The notes under the pieces: model-generated
What the model saw: only the letters and a program-made list of their open reading frames with translations
The model's database searches: none
What the model was told of the DNA's origin: nothing
In this document: positions 30,490-45,548 of the stretch, piece by piece
How the letters are laid out: the number at the start of each line of letters is the position of its first letter
How positions within the stretch are numbered: position 1 is the stretch's first letter
Translations under genes and position numbers: made by a program
Assembly: GCA_964016885.1 (NCBI GenBank)
Contig: OZ024740.1
Coordinates: 222,270,001 to 222,334,000, forward strand
DNA: 64,000 nt
From: Eledone cirrhosa
Taxonomy: Eukaryota
Direction: 5' to 3'

Positions 30490-31713
30490 ATCATGCATGT
30501 CTACCGGTATGTGTGTATGTGTATCTATGTAGGGCTTGTGTATATGTATCTATACATACAATTTGAATGCACTCTGTTATAAAGGATTTCTTACGGTTTA
30601 TGATAAACAAACTTAAATAATAACAGTCACAACTACATAACAGGTGGATTATTAGATATAAAATTTATAAAATTTATAAAATTATAACTTACTATTAAAT
30701 AATATAAGGTTTGTATAATCTTAAATTTCCTTTATTATCTTAACATTTATAACATTTAATATAAGTAAATAACTTAATTTCCTTCATGCTGTTTTACTAT
30801 TACATAGAAATGATTTTTCTCCGATTTTTTCTCCGATTTCTCCGAAAAATCTATAAGTTTAGAAAAATTCCTATATCTTAAACATAAAAAGTCCTTTATT
30901 GTATGTATATATATGTATGTGTATGTATATATATATGTATATGTATATATATATGTGTGCGTATGTATATATATGAATATATTCTTTTAATAATATATAG
31001 ATTTTTTAATAATATATAGATTTTAATAATATATAGATCTCAATTTTAATGTATAGATCTCAATAATTTAATTGATAATTTAATTGATAAACTAAATATT
31101 TAATCATATTTAAATACTGGTAAAAATTCTCCAGTTATTATTTATTTATTTTCTATTCACGCTTATTCCTAACTCTTCCTAACTCATCCAATAAATATTT
31201 ATTTTTTCACCTCATCTTAAAAGATATGCTAATACAACAACCTATCACTTAGGGCTTTCTCTTTCTCTTTCTCTTTTTCTCTTTTCTTTTTTCTTCTCTT
31301 TCTCTTTCTCTTGTTTTCTTATTTTCCTCTTAGAGTTTGCTCTTTTTTCTCTTTTTTCTCTTTTTTCTCTTTTTTCTCTTTTTTCTCTTTTTTCTTTTTT
31401 TTTCTCTTTTTTCTCTTTCTTTTCTTTCCCTTTTTCCATACCCCAACGGCTTATTTTAAATCTACTGTGATTTAAACATATCCGACACTAATTTGCATAA
31501 TAGACTAAATAAATTTAATAACCCCACTATCCGGGAGCTTCCAACAGAAATGGTCGCATTCTTTAAGGGTATGTCAATATTTATTTATAAAACTGATCTA
31601 TATTATATTTTATCTGATGAAAGCACACCATCATTTAACTTGGTGTCCTTGAAATATGTATAATGAAATAAATATGGTTTTATAAATATAGTTTCCATTT
31701 GTTAATATATCGT
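29720..31713. mobile_element. Penelope-like structure with ~260-bp inverted terminal repeats (29810-30070 / 31452-31713), each with a hammerhead
   Basis: The arms are near-perfect reverse complements and both outer ends abut (TA)n. Confidence 0.7.
31606..31670 (+). ncRNA. type I hammerhead ribozyme motif
   Basis: Reads TATTTTAT-CTGATGA-AAGCACACCA(TCATTTAACT)TGGTGTCCTT-GAAA-TATGTA-TA-ATGAAATA. Helices I and II both form. Confidence 0.75.
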
Positions 31714-32319
31714 ATATATATATATAGATATATACATATATCTGTGTGTATGTGTGTGCGTGCGTGTTTGTGTCTGTGTGTATGTGTGAGTGAGTGTGAA
31801 TAAAGAATTCAAAAACATACAAAACACCAATGTGTGCACGCCAACAATATGACTCAGTGACATGCATGTCAATTTCATGCATGTCAATTTCACCCCATCA
31901 GCACATATACAACCATTGCCATAACAAACCTGGACCCTCCATTTCTGCCCCAACATTCGAAGCCTCGAACCCTCCTATACTTTCTCCTAAACTTGATCCT
32001 AATAAATCTTTGTATTTTTGCATGCCTGTGTTTATTTTGTTTTATTTGTTCGACTATATGTATGTAACTCAGGAAACTAGGATAACTCCGACATAAAACC
32101 TGCGGTTCAGTAGTTACCGATGATGTTGATCTTTCTTTTCTTCTTTTCGGGTTATAGTGACTGTCGCTCAGAGAGTGGGATTGGCTCAGTGCACAGTCTT
32201 TCCTCACTTTAAAATAAAACTTCACGCACAGGCATTGCACGATAGAATCAATTAATAAGTATTAATAATGTTATATCGTGCAATAGCCATACTCGATAAC
32301 GAGGGGACATCCATGATAT

Positions 32320-32353
<34 letters not shown>

Positions 32354-32366
32354 GAGAGAGAGAGAG

Positions 32367-32401
<35 letters not shown>

Positions 32402-33105
32402 TATATATATATATGCGTATACATTTGGGAAGCCACCATATTATACATATATATATATATGGTGGCTGCCAACTCGTTTTCGAGTACGGCCACTACTTTA
32501 TATCCATGTAGGAGAACCCCTACCGATACGCTGAACGAGTGTGACTTTTTAGTCTAACCAGCGACTTCAAAACTCTGGTACAAACACTACACTTGTGACA
32601 ATTATTGACACATAGTGCTGGGCCCATGGTACCATGTGACGACAAATGCAGAGAGATCTCCAGATATAAAGCAATGCCTGTGCCGTGAAGCTTTTATAGT
32701 GAGCAAAGGCACTGCACAAAGCCAGTCCCACTCTCTTAACCAAGATGATATTTACCAAAAAGAAGAACAAGTCAACATCATTGGATACCATCAGGGTTGC
32801 AGGTGTTATATCAGAGTTTTCCTTCTCCTAGAATTCTGCCTTGACAAAGGCTAATGGGTCATCTCTCCCGGTGATTTTGGATGGCCATTGACTCTTAAGA
32901 GCTCCTTTGACCTTTGACAGGTTTTGTTTTTAGTCCTGCAGGATGTCCAAAGTCACCCTCCTCACCAAGAAACCTTGGTGGGGTTGCCAGTTTAGTCGCC
33001 AACGACCCGACCATGAGACAGGTTGTACTGGGATACATGTTACCAGTAGCACCAACTGGTGACCTGACATATATATATACATATATACATACACACACAC
33101 ACACG

Positions 33106-33172
<67 letters not shown>

Positions 33173-33467
33173 GCGTATATATAAATATATACGACCATCC
33201 GCTTATTATACTAACCGACGAGAAATCATAATAACAAATTAAAACTCAGCTGGTCCGTGTGTTTCTATTGGCATTATGACCGTCCCAAATTATAACACTA
33301 TATATCTATCTATCTCTATATATATATCTCTCCACACACACACGCGCGCGCGCACACACACACAGACGCACACGCACACGCTCACACACACACAGATATA
33401 TATATATATATATATATTCACATATATTCCTCTAATTATTAAAATTCAAATAACAGAGAATAGTAAA

Positions 33468-33648
33468 ATAATTGTTTCTACGTTTGGCACAAGGCCAGCA
33501 ATTACCCAGTGCATTACTGGTACTTAATTTTATCGACCCCGTAAGGATGAAAGGCAAAGTTAACCTCGACGGGATTTGAACTCAGATCGTAAAAGGACGT
33601 AACTATGCTGGAAAGCATGGCGTCCGACCTTCTACCGATACTGCCAAA
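33468..33648 (-). mobile_element. main SINE
   Basis: Near-consensus reverse-complement copy. Confidence 0.9.
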
Positions 33649-34719
33649 TCATTGTTCGTAGAAAGTATTTTATGCGCCTATATGTATATATGATATTATT
33701 TCCGATAAAACAGATGTGTCATGCCCATAGTGTAAATATTCAATTTATTACACTTTGCAGAGAATATACTTTGATAAAACTACACCGATGATATCCTCAA
33801 TGCTTCGCCGATAAAGATTTCTCACCTGTGATTATCAACATTAAATTATTACATTGATGTCACAAATGTATCGTGGGGTGGTGTAAGTTATAGCTTATTT
33901 AAATATATTCTGGGAAATACATATATGAACTGAATAACTAATTGGCAGCTAAATTCATTATAATTATACCCATAGAGATACGATCATATGTGAATTATCA
34001 ATTCTGGTTTTATAAAACCGGAACAAACTCGAAATTTACAATAATAAAAAGCAATTAATTAAAATTCATTTGCACAGAGCATTAAACACACACTATATAA
34101 TAATTTATTAAATGATATATAGTTCCCGAATGCAGTTATTACTTAGTTTACCATATTTTAATGTAAGACACAACAATGTCTACGATTTTGAAATAATTCT
34201 ATATACAGTTACATGTACAAGTTCTATATACAAGGGCGGTGCCCCAGCATGGCCTCAGCCGGATGGCTGAAACAGGTAAAAGGGTAAAAGAGTTAAGACC
34301 CTGGAGGAATTACGTAATAGAACCAATTTTTTATTATTAAGCAGGTGTTTGAACATAATTTAACAAAGATTCATCTTACATAAAACTGTGATGCAAGACG
34401 TTTAAATGATTAAAAACACTTTGAATTAAACAGTTTGGCAGTGTAGAATTAGTAGCAGTTACATACGGATTAGTATCAAAAGTGTCAAAAGCTGAATATT
34501 ATAATACAAAGTCGGGACCAGAGCATAAAAGAAGACAATAAGCCATTACAAAGAATTTAGTCAGGCAACCTACTATTACTGTACCCTCATATCCTTATAT
34601 GAATATTGATTTCTGACATTGGTTCAATGTCACAGATTTTGGAGGTATTAAATCGACAACGGAATCTGATTCGTATTTAATTTATCGACTTCCGACATGG
34701 TCTTGCTTAACTCGTCAAT

Positions 34720-34960
34720 ATTATCTCCGACATACACTTGATAGGTTTGCTGCTGATTGCTACACGACTGGAATGAAAATCAATTCTGCGAAGACTGAGA
34801 CACTCGTCTTTTCAAACAAGCCTGCATAGAGCTCTCTACATGTGAGTAGAGTTCCGCTGAAGCAGGTGGAGTAGTTCAAGTACCACATGGTCGTGTTCAC
34901 AACTTATGTAAGGCGGGAGGCTGAACTAAGTGTAAGAATCGAAGGGACCAGGTTTAAAAT
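34720..34960 (+). mobile_element. RTE-like RT fragment
   Basis: Similar to 39930-40150 (GATAGGTTTG...AAAATCA...GAGACACTCGTC...AAGTA.C...GTCGT.TTCAC). Confidence 0.55.
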
Positions 34961-35744
34961 TCAGTAATCGGCATTTGGTAATCAATATTTGGTTACATCT
35001 TTTTTTCGGGATCAGTATAGTCGGTGACTTCAATTATATTTCATCGACATTGAGACAATGAATGGCAAACTAGATCTTGGTGGGATTGAAACTCTGAAAT
35101 TAAATATACTCCATGAAATATCACAACAATTTTCCCCAACGCTGCAATGATTTTATCAATCTCTACATCAATATTACGAAACATGAGATTTCCAATGCAA
35201 GAGAAACATTCTGAGCAAACTAGAATGAAGCATAGTTCCAATCTTCTTAGTTTCAATCTTCTTTAAATGCTAGTTAACTACGCATTTAATTTCCTCGAGA
35301 TAGTTTACATCGAGTGAAGACGAAACAAATATTGATGGGATAATAATTATTCCCCTCAAATATTCTTAATTAATTCATATATTTTCTATGCCATGTCAAT
35401 CAGTAATAATGGATATTCAAAGTTCGTGCGTTATTTTTATTATATAGCATGGAGAAAAGAGGAAACACGGAATAAATATTTGTTAAAATAAAAATAGTTG
35501 GGCAACACCAACAGAGAAGACATAAACAGAAATGAAGTAATCGAGTGCTTAGTGTGTTTACAATAAATGTCCATAAGTTACACGGGGAAGAAATGTTTAC
35601 CTTCAGTGAATTTCCTGTGTTTAGTTGATCTGTGAATATCTTTCTTATGCGAGAGATGAAGATACATCAAACATTCACATACACACACAGATGCAAACAC
35701 ACACATACATACATATATACATACATACATAGATAAATCGGAAG

Positions 35745-36636
35745 ATCCTATTCAATGTTCAAACAAGATGAAAAGAATTGACCAATTTACAGAAAAAGTT
35801 GTGCATGGATACTTGAGATGTAAAACACAGACCATAGAGGGGATAAACCACTCAAAAAGCCTGGCATGGAGTTCCTACAAGTTTATGACATCACACGAGC
35901 GATATCTCTATGCAATACAGGAACAATAACTCCCTACCAAATATCTGCTGCACAAAAGAGGAGGGCCAGCAGCTGACAATAAATGTAGGCTATGTAAAAC
36001 AAAGATCGAAGATGTAAGCCACATTGTTGCCACCTGCGAATGAATGTCATCTCGCTACTACCTCTCCATGAGACACGATGGGATAGCTAGAACCATCTGG
36101 AACGCACTTCGGAAAACAAAATTAACAACAAACGAGGAAGAATATATTGAGACAGATGGCACTAAGGAATACTGGTAGAACCTGAAAATAAAAACTGCCA
36201 CCAAATTAAAGCACAACCGGCCTGATATTGTTGTTTGGGACCACACATTGAAAACGTGTTCTGTTGTGGAGATCAGGTGCCCACTTGATGTAAACGTTGT
36301 CAGAAAAATAACTGAAGAAGGAGGACATATACGGACCATTGATGAGGAGTTTACAAATCCAGTATCCAAGATACACCATTAGCTTCATACCCATCATTAT
36401 TGGGGCTACGGGTTATATACCCAGCCGCTTGGACCAAAGTATGACTGAACTTGGATTTGCGGACAAAGAGCGCAGCTCCCTAATTCATAGTCTACAAATG
36501 GCTGCGATAGCTGGCACCTTCAAAATTTGCCAAACATTCTTGCGATTCAAGGGATGACAATTTCTTTTCTTTTACAACCTTGCCACCAGGAAGGTGGCCG
36601 ATCAAAAATATACTCGAAATTAAGAGAAAGAGATAA
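35745..36636 (+). mobile_element. 5'-truncated R4/Dong-type LINE (third family), CCHC + RLE domain remnant
   Basis: Motifs YLYAIQEQ, KCRLCKT...HIVATC, RHD, KHNRPDIVVWD and IPIIIGATG are present, with several stops and frameshifts. Confidence 0.8.
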
Positions 36637-36701
36637 TACATACACACACATATATATTATCTATATATTTATGTATGTATCGTCGCACACAACTCTCCCT
36701 C

Positions 36702-36737
<36 letters not shown>

Positions 36738-36738
36738 G

Positions 36739-36794
<56 letters not shown>

Positions 36795-38096
36795 CAGTAT
36801 ACACATATATACACAAAATGTGTAGAGATATGGTGCTATGTTTATACATGGTTGCACACACACGTGTTTTGTGAATATATTTATAAATGAGTATTAGTAC
36901 TATTCTCCATTCTTCAACGTTTATTTACACCGTATGTAAATATATCAATGAACTCTTACCTTTGAAGGATATCAACTACCACCAGTTGGGGATGAATTTC
37001 CTTTCTTTTTATCGATTTTACATTAAACGTTGGTTGTGTCTCTTCAAGGCGGTTCTATGTCTACTAGCTGGCGTGCTAATTTCTGTCGTATTATTCTTCC
37101 TATTAAGATTGCACGATAAAACGTTTCTAATCCACGTTTCCTTCTTATTTTACTTTTCTCCTTACCACTTATTTATTCAGCATAACACCTGACTTGATTC
37201 AACTATAGAATCTTTATCGTCTTCGTTTTTTTTTTCTGTCGGAGTAGTAGTGGTGGTGTAGATGGCGCACTAGGCAATTATTTCTTACTATTTTTCTTCT
37301 TTTAAATTCATAATTAAATCTTCCTTTAATAGTGTGTCGTTTCTTGAAACATACTCGAATATCACTTTGAGGATGAAAGAAGATAAGTTAAGATTGTATC
37401 ACATGTCTGGCGAAAGAAAGTATTTCATTTGCTTTCTTTAATATTCTTTCGTTTGCCTGTTCTATCATTTTTTCCCGTTGTTGTTGTTTCCACAAACATT
37501 AATAGTCTTTCTGCTTGACAGGAATAAGTAGCAACAATTCAGTTAGTAAGCTTCATCTTGAAATTTTTGAGCTTTGTTAAATGGATTTCAAAATGAATAA
37601 GCTTTCAACTCATTCTTAAGAATATCTTTGAACATTAGAAATAATAAAACATATATTACAATATTCTATCTGGTATGTCTCTGTCGACGATTAAAATGTG
37701 GTTTGCGATTGGATGGAATTTAAATTGCTATTTTATATAGTCTTGAATCTTCATGTGTGGAGTGATTTCAATGTTATGAAATTAATTGTTTCTATAACGA
37801 GCAGAATGTATAGTAGAAAGTAAACGGCTACGTATGGGCCTTTTCGCACCAACCCATTGTTGAAACATAACCAGTGATTTTATTTCTCGTTTCCTATATA
37901 TTTGACTGTATACTAAGTCTAAACAACTAGCTAGATGAGCATGTTTCACTGAGAAGATCTAATAGGATCAAAAAATGTCCGCTGCTTTCATCAATTTGGT
38001 TTAGACATAAAAGCCACTTCCAGAGTATTGTCTTAAATATTTATTTTATTATTGATTCACCGCTCCGAATTTATGTTTTTACCTAATTTTGAGTCA

Positions 38097-40320
38097 TATA
38101 TCCTGATGGGAGACTTCAATTCATATTTGGTACTGACGACCTGTCATGGAAAGGAGTGATTGGAAGGAATGCCGACCCCGATCTAAATACGAATGGAGAG
38201 ACTTTACTAGACTTCTGTTGTAGCAGCCTATTCTTTACTATGAACACTTTCTTCCAGCACAGAGACATCCATAAATATACATGGTGTAAGAAGAATCAGC
38301 GACATAGATCAATAATTAATTTTGTTTTTGTCTCTGATCTCTTTGATTCTGTGCTGATGTTCGTGCTAATAGAAGGGCTGAGCTGTCAATTCATCTCCAT
38401 CTAGTTGTCTCCAGCTTGAGACTAACTAAAGTAGAAGAAGCCTACAAAACTGGTATGACCAGGGTGACCTACAGGATAAAGCTGGAAGCATTGGTGGATA
38501 AAAAGTCAGGACCAGGTATGCAGATACTATTGCATCCAAATTCAGAGAAAAAAACCCTGAGCAAACTGAGGAAGTTGAGACAGTGTGAAGATTCTTCAGC
38601 AAAGGAGTTTCTGCTTAAGCTGTTAAATGCTCGGGTTAAAAAGGCTTGGTGTTGTGCCGGATAGCAGGAAGACCTCTGGTTCAATAAAGAGGTCAAAGAT
38701 GCCATCCGAGCCAAGAAGGAGGCCTACAAAACTTGGCATTGAAATAGGTCCTCCTTCTTGCACTTGCGGTACAATCAGGCTCAAAGAATCGCAGCAGAGA
38801 CAGTGAAGGCTTCCAAAGTTAAAACACAGGAGGGCTTTGCGTTTAAACTGGCATCCGATTTCAGATGAGTAAATAAAGTATTCTTGCAGACCATCCGCCG
38901 ACTTAGTAATAAGAAGTCCTCCTCCACACCTACTATCAAGAACGCGTCCGGGATTCTCCTCTCTTTATGGAGGTGCATCCTCACGAGTTGCAAAGAATAA
39001 TTTGCTGATCTCCTAAACGCGATCACAATAGCATTTTCAGATGTAAGCGTTGACTGATCTCTTAGAGGCTGAGGTCACAAGAGCTGATAAAGAGCTCAAA
39101 TGTAGCAAGGCTGCTGGGGGGGGGGGGGGTCCGGTCAAAGATGTTAAAAGCCTTAAATAGAGAAGATATTCTCTGGCTGACTCCTGTGTGCTGGAAAGCC
39201 TCGAGCTCTGGAAACGCGCTTAAGCAATGGCAATCGGAAGTGATAATCCCACAAAAAGGAAGACAATGCTACGTGTCTTGCAAAGAGATGGAGGTAGATT
39301 GCCGAGTCCAAGCTAGCTGATGAACAGTACGATTTTCGCCCCGAACGCAGCACAGTAGACCAAATATTCACACTGTGACAGGTCTTCGAGAATTCTTGGG
39401 AGTATTGCCAAGAGATATATTCTAGTTTTGTCGACCTTGAAAAGGCATATCACCAGATTCGTCGGGAAATGCTGTGGAAGGTTCTGCAGGAGTATGCGAT
39501 CGATGGTCAGCTTCTTGCTGCCTTGATGTCTCTATACGTATGCCCGAGTATTTATATTTGGTTAATGGTGTTAAATCGAAGCCATTCAATATGGGATTCG
39601 GACACCGTTCCTGTTCATTATTTATGTGGGTTAGCACTATCAGTGGAGCGTTGGACGCCATGCTTTGCAACAAAGAGTTACGGGCCTTCGCGATCTGAGT
39701 TCAAATACCGCCGAGGTTAACTTTGCCTTTCATCCTTACGGGGTCGAAAAAATAAAGTACCAGTAATACACTGGGATAATTGCCGGCATTGTGCCACACG
39801 TAGAAACAATTATTTATATGAAAAGGATTGACAAGGACCGCCGTCTTGGATGTGACAGCCGGGTGTGAAATCAGTTGGCTGGAATTTGTAGACGACGTGG
39901 TGTTACTTATTTTGACAGAGGGTGATCTCTGACTTGCACTCGATAGGTTTGAGGCCGAATTCTGCATGGACAGACGGAAAATCACTGCTGTGAAAAGTGA
40001 GACACTCGTCCTCTCCATGAAGCCTGCTCTGTGCACTCTACATGAGAACCGTGTTCCATTGAATCAGTTAAAGAAGTGCAAGTATCCCAGGGTCGTCTTC
40101 ACGAGTGATGGAAGTCAGGAGGCTGAATTAAGTGCAAGAATTGCAGGTGCTTGTGTAGTCATATGCCAGCGTCAGCATTCATTAATCAGAAGAAGGGAGG
40201 TAGCCGTAAAAAGCTAACTCGCTATCTTTAATTTGGTATTCGTGCCAATTCTTACCTATGGTAATAAATCTTGGGTAATGACCAAAACAATATGATTGCG
40301 TATGCAAGCGGCCGAAATGG
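38097..40320 (+). mobile_element. degraded RTE-type LINE (APE + RT), interrupted by a SINE
   Basis: Endonuclease motifs LMGDFN, NGETLLDFC and HKYTW; RT motifs EQYDFRPERSTVDQIF, FVDLEKAY and FVDDVVL. Many frameshifts. Confidence 0.8.
39626..39813 (+). mobile_element. main SINE nested in the RTE remnant
   Basis: Head, B box, core and AGAAACAATTATT tail are present. Confidence 0.85.
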
Positions 40321-41735
40321 GAAGAAGAAGAAGAAAAAGAAGGAGAAGTAGAGGAAGGAAGGAAGAAGAAGAAGAAGAAGAAGAAGAACACCACCAACAA
40401 CAAGACTTATTTTGTATCCTAAGCCGTCATCAGAGCTAATTAGCATTTCATAATTGAAAGCACGTCATATTTGGCTCCATAATTCATCTTTAAAATATTG
40501 ATTTTTGTATTTTGTTTAATGGCTTATAGGAGACAGTTTTATTCGTTTTTTCTGGTAGTGAGAAATTGAATCGAAATAGTTGTGAATGTTAACAGCTTAT
40601 GTTAACTTTGTAGGAGTAGTTTTGAATGTACCAATGCGTGATTCATAATGCAAAATTTAATTCACAATTATCATCATAATGTCGAATACTGATACCATGT
40701 AATAGCGTCGCCTTGACGAAGTATTATAAAATATATTTTATGAGTATATTTCCGGAGTGTTTCCGACCCTTCTGGCATTCAGAATTATTCATCCTGCTTT
40801 ACGATTATGCATTAATAGAAACTATTTAAAAATATATATTCTTTGTCAGAATACATTTGTATGAAAATGTGAAATTTCTTTTACAGCTCAAATTCAAGTT
40901 ACTTTTAGAATAAATCATGACTTTTTCATTGCTTTAGGCAAACCTGGTTTCTGTTAGGTGAAATTAAAATAGTGAAGATCTAAATACATCTCGCTGCAAA
41001 TGTTTCCTTTTATTGCATGAAGTTGAGGAAAATAACGCAGGTTTATCAAGATAAATAAGAAAACATAAGACTTAAGAGAAAGCGCGAAAATAAAATCAAT
41101 GTATCCATGTCATCATTTATATTTCATGATCACTTATATTTTCTTCACACACTTTCTAATCATGATAACACTAAGATTAATTAAAACGTAATGACGAGTC
41201 GTGTAAATAAAGTCGATAATTTTAATGAAGGCGGTGACATTGCGCTATTAATATCAGCATTGCAGAAAAGTGACATGCTGCTATTAATATCACTATATAA
41301 CAGACATTAAGACAATACATATGTTATTTGGCGTGCGAATGTCAACGAAAACTAAATCACATCTAAAAAAGAGGAAAGCTCATTTTGTAAAAATATCGAA
41401 GTGGCGCATAGGAGTGACGAGACTGCAAACAGAAAGCCGTGATTAACGGAAATAAGTTCAAGTCATGTATGAATGAATCATGCAGAGTTTTTTAACCTTA
41501 AAATGAGCACGAACTATTAGAAAAGCAAAAAACGTTGGAATATAGAAACAGAATTTCTGAAAATCATTTCAAGTAATGTTCTTTGACGTAAAAATATATT
41601 CAAGAAAATCTAGTGCAATGAAATTTATTTCTGACATAACAATTATCTATTTTCGAAATAAAGCTTTATTAAAATAAATTATATGATAACTGATCCCATA
41701 ACTGCTAGTAGCGTTATGGTATCAGAAATGTACAC

Positions 41736-41790
<55 letters not shown>

Positions 41791-41899
41791 TTAAGGCCAG
41801 TTACTACAACGGAGCCAAAGCAGGATAGCAGGAACGTAAGTATCATTGGCCTCCTGGAGGACCACATTTTCAATCTGTTCCGTACACAGAATCTCTCTA

Positions 41900-42575
<676 letters not shown>

Positions 42576-43390
42576 CATATATATATATATATATATATAT
42601 TGATAGCGCACTGTATATCTCTCTCTGGTGTGTTACCTTTTCAACATATTGTATTTTAAAGAGCTTAGGATTTCTTCTCCTTTGAGTACATAATTTACAG
42701 GGAATAGCGAGGGCCTATGCCTCCGTTAATTTATCGTGATATATATATATATATATATATGTAAATATATATATTGGCAGAGTAAGGGAGAATTGTGCCC
42801 GTGTGTGAGAAAGGGAGAGGAATGAGGAATGAGTACCGACTACTTGTCGAGTCGCTGTGCACTCTCTTTGATAAAATACCACAATGAAATAAAGTAGAAT
42901 TCTGCTGTCTAGATACATATACGTTTATCCACTATATAATTCTTAGCATACTTTTAAACTTCTCAACATATATTCCTCTAATTGTGCACTCTGAAGATAT
43001 GTTTTACTACTACCTGATACAGTCATTATCTTTCGATGATATATATACAGTGTCCTCTATCATCCTGTTCAATTTATATACCGTCCACTCGTGATGACAT
43101 GTAGTATATGCATTGTGTGGATAAAAGCGTAAAAGTCATTAATTAAACAGTGGCTGATGACGTGAATAATTGCTGAAACAATTAGATGTCTCATGAGGTG
43201 CCGTGTATATACTGAGAATTTTCTCATGTGTTAAGTACATTTCAAGTCAATTTTTCTAGTTCGTTTACTTCACAAAGAAAACTGGCTAATCAATGCGAAG
43301 TCAATATTTACTGAATAATGTCCTCCTATGCCGTAACATGTGGTTCAAAAAACATATTGGCTTTATATATATATGCTTTTAAACACCCAC

Positions 43391-43424
<34 letters not shown>

Positions 43425-43433
43425 ATATATATA

Positions 43434-44330
43434 TAAAGAATTTAAATCGAAGTTTGAAAGCCACGACAATGCGAATTGGACGAATAAATAATTAAGTCGT
43501 AAGAAACGAGGAGTATTTTTTACCCTAATTTATTCATATGCCCTGATATTTCCCGATTAATATCTCTTCTTGCAAGTCTGGATACATAAAGAATGAACTG
43601 ACACGTATCTGGAATAAATGCAGCACTACAGGAGACCGAGACACGCACACCACATACTTCTTGGAAGTGCTTAAGCTAAACTGTTATCCGACATACACGA
43701 TGAACCGCGTTTGAAATAGGAAACAACGCGTTCGAAACACGAACTCCACCAACACCTAACATATAACTAGGCACACAACACCTCATCGAGAAAGCCACTG
43801 GAAACTGCATATAAGGGTACACATCGGCCTGCATATGAGCATATAATCCATCCGGGAGAAATCGTGTTTATGCATTAATGTGTCCACAATACTCCTTCTA
43901 TACGTATTTACGTATTTGTGTGCGTATTTACGCACACATATGTATGCATGCGCTTCTGCGTCAGCGCGTATTAGTATATATGTGTCTAAACAGATTTAAA
44001 GGGAAATAATTCTGTGCTCCCTTTGACCAGTCCAGACCTTAATTTTTAAAACAAAAGAGATTGGGAAAAAAAAAAAAAAAAAACTACTCTGGACAGCATA
44101 GTATAGCAAACCTAATCGGACACTAGAATAGTTCCTTTATTTTCTTCGAAAAAATAGTTATTAATCACGAAATATTAGGACATATGAATAAAGTAGATAA
44201 AAACACAACATTCCTCGTTTCTTACGACATAATTATTTGCTCGTCCAATTCGCATTGTCGTGGCTTTCAAGCTTCGAATTATTTATACCGTATACAATGC
44301 TTCAAGTAAACTACAAATTTCTTATATATA
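43434..44330. mobile_element. old Penelope-like remnant with inverted termini
   Basis: Inverted repeats at 43447-43562 / 44159-44277 sit between TA tracts. An internal LKLNCYP resembles the L..NGYP motif of Penelope RTs (weak). Confidence 0.5.
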
Positions 44331-44559
44331 TATATACGCGCACAGGTATAGCTCTATATACAACACCTTTTTTTTTCTATTTCAGGTAGACGCGCTCCAT
44401 CATCCACTTTTCTAAAAAGGTATATCATACACCAAACGACAGCATCAACAGTTTTCCAAGAGATGGCAACATGAATGGACCTATTATTTTTCTCTAAAAA
44501 ACAATTTTTTCCGATCTGCCCCTTGTCCGTCCCATCAATCTTTCTAATTTCTCATTCAT

Positions 44560-44595
44560 TCTTCTGATGAAGAACTAGCGTTCGAAACGTTAAGA
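44560..44595 (+). ncRNA. minimal Penelope-type hammerhead
   Basis: Reads TCTT-CTGATGA-A-GAAC(TAGC)GTTC-GAAACGTT-AAGA. Helix I is TCTT/AAGA, helix II is GAAC/GTTC and helix III is palindromic (AACGTT). Confidence 0.75.
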
Positions 44596-44682
44596 CCCTC
44601 TTCCTGCTATTTCAAGCGTTAACCAAATATATTCCTTCCATATACTGTTATTACTGTTTACCTTTTTCACATACACACACGC

Positions 44683-44850
<168 letters not shown>

Positions 44851-45548
44851 GTATATGTATATATAATAGGTGTAAATCGAAGTTTTAGATGTGTTGTACA
44901 GCAGGTACTATTCAAATTGTTTCAGGGAATCACAAAGCACTCAATGGATCGAAAGTTAAAAACATTAGGTACAAAGTAAACTCTATTGTCATAACAAACA
45001 AAAAAAACCGACGGAGGGCACAGCCATAAATATAATACAACGACGATAGATACAGAAAGGTTTAAACTAACCTGGACTATCTCTGATTAATTAGAATCGA
45101 CATAATCGATAAAATCTCAGGTAGGTTTATATAATGCACATGCAATACAGGTAATATATGTGTGTATTTCCACGATCGAACTTGTTCCGCAGGTTTCATC
45201 CTTATCCAAATGTTGGTATGGTGACGGAGTCAACACTACTCACAGTAGTATTTCTGTCCATCGTCACGTGACCTTCTCAAAAGAGTAGGTCACACTAGCC
45301 GATATTTTGATGGTTAATTTCAGGTTCGATAACAAAAGAATCCTCACAGCCTCAAAATTAAAAGCTCTCCACTAGCTTTTGCTAAATATAACTAAATCAT
45401 TATTGATCGAATACATGAATCTAGGAGAATAAAGTAAAATAGTTGGAGATCGAAGTTTTAGCTGTTGTACAGCAAGAAATATTCAATTTGCTTGAGGCAT
45501 CACAAAGCACCTAACGGATATATATATAAATACGTACATATATATATG

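Noticed and set aside
37945-37985. CTGAGAAGATCTAATAGGATC hammerhead-like string
   Set aside because: The core is not CTGAnGA, and there is no GAAAC/helix III or helix I.
44386-44419. Possible 34-nt plus-strand micro-exon (TTTCAG|...AAAAG|GTATAT)
   Set aside because: It lies inside a TA-flanked repeat island, has a weak donor and no partner exon.
44868-45520. Direct repeats 44875-44949 / 45449-45520 as HHR-bearing pseudo-LTRs
   Set aside because: The repeats are real, but I found no convincing hammerhead core on either strand, so I left them unclassified.
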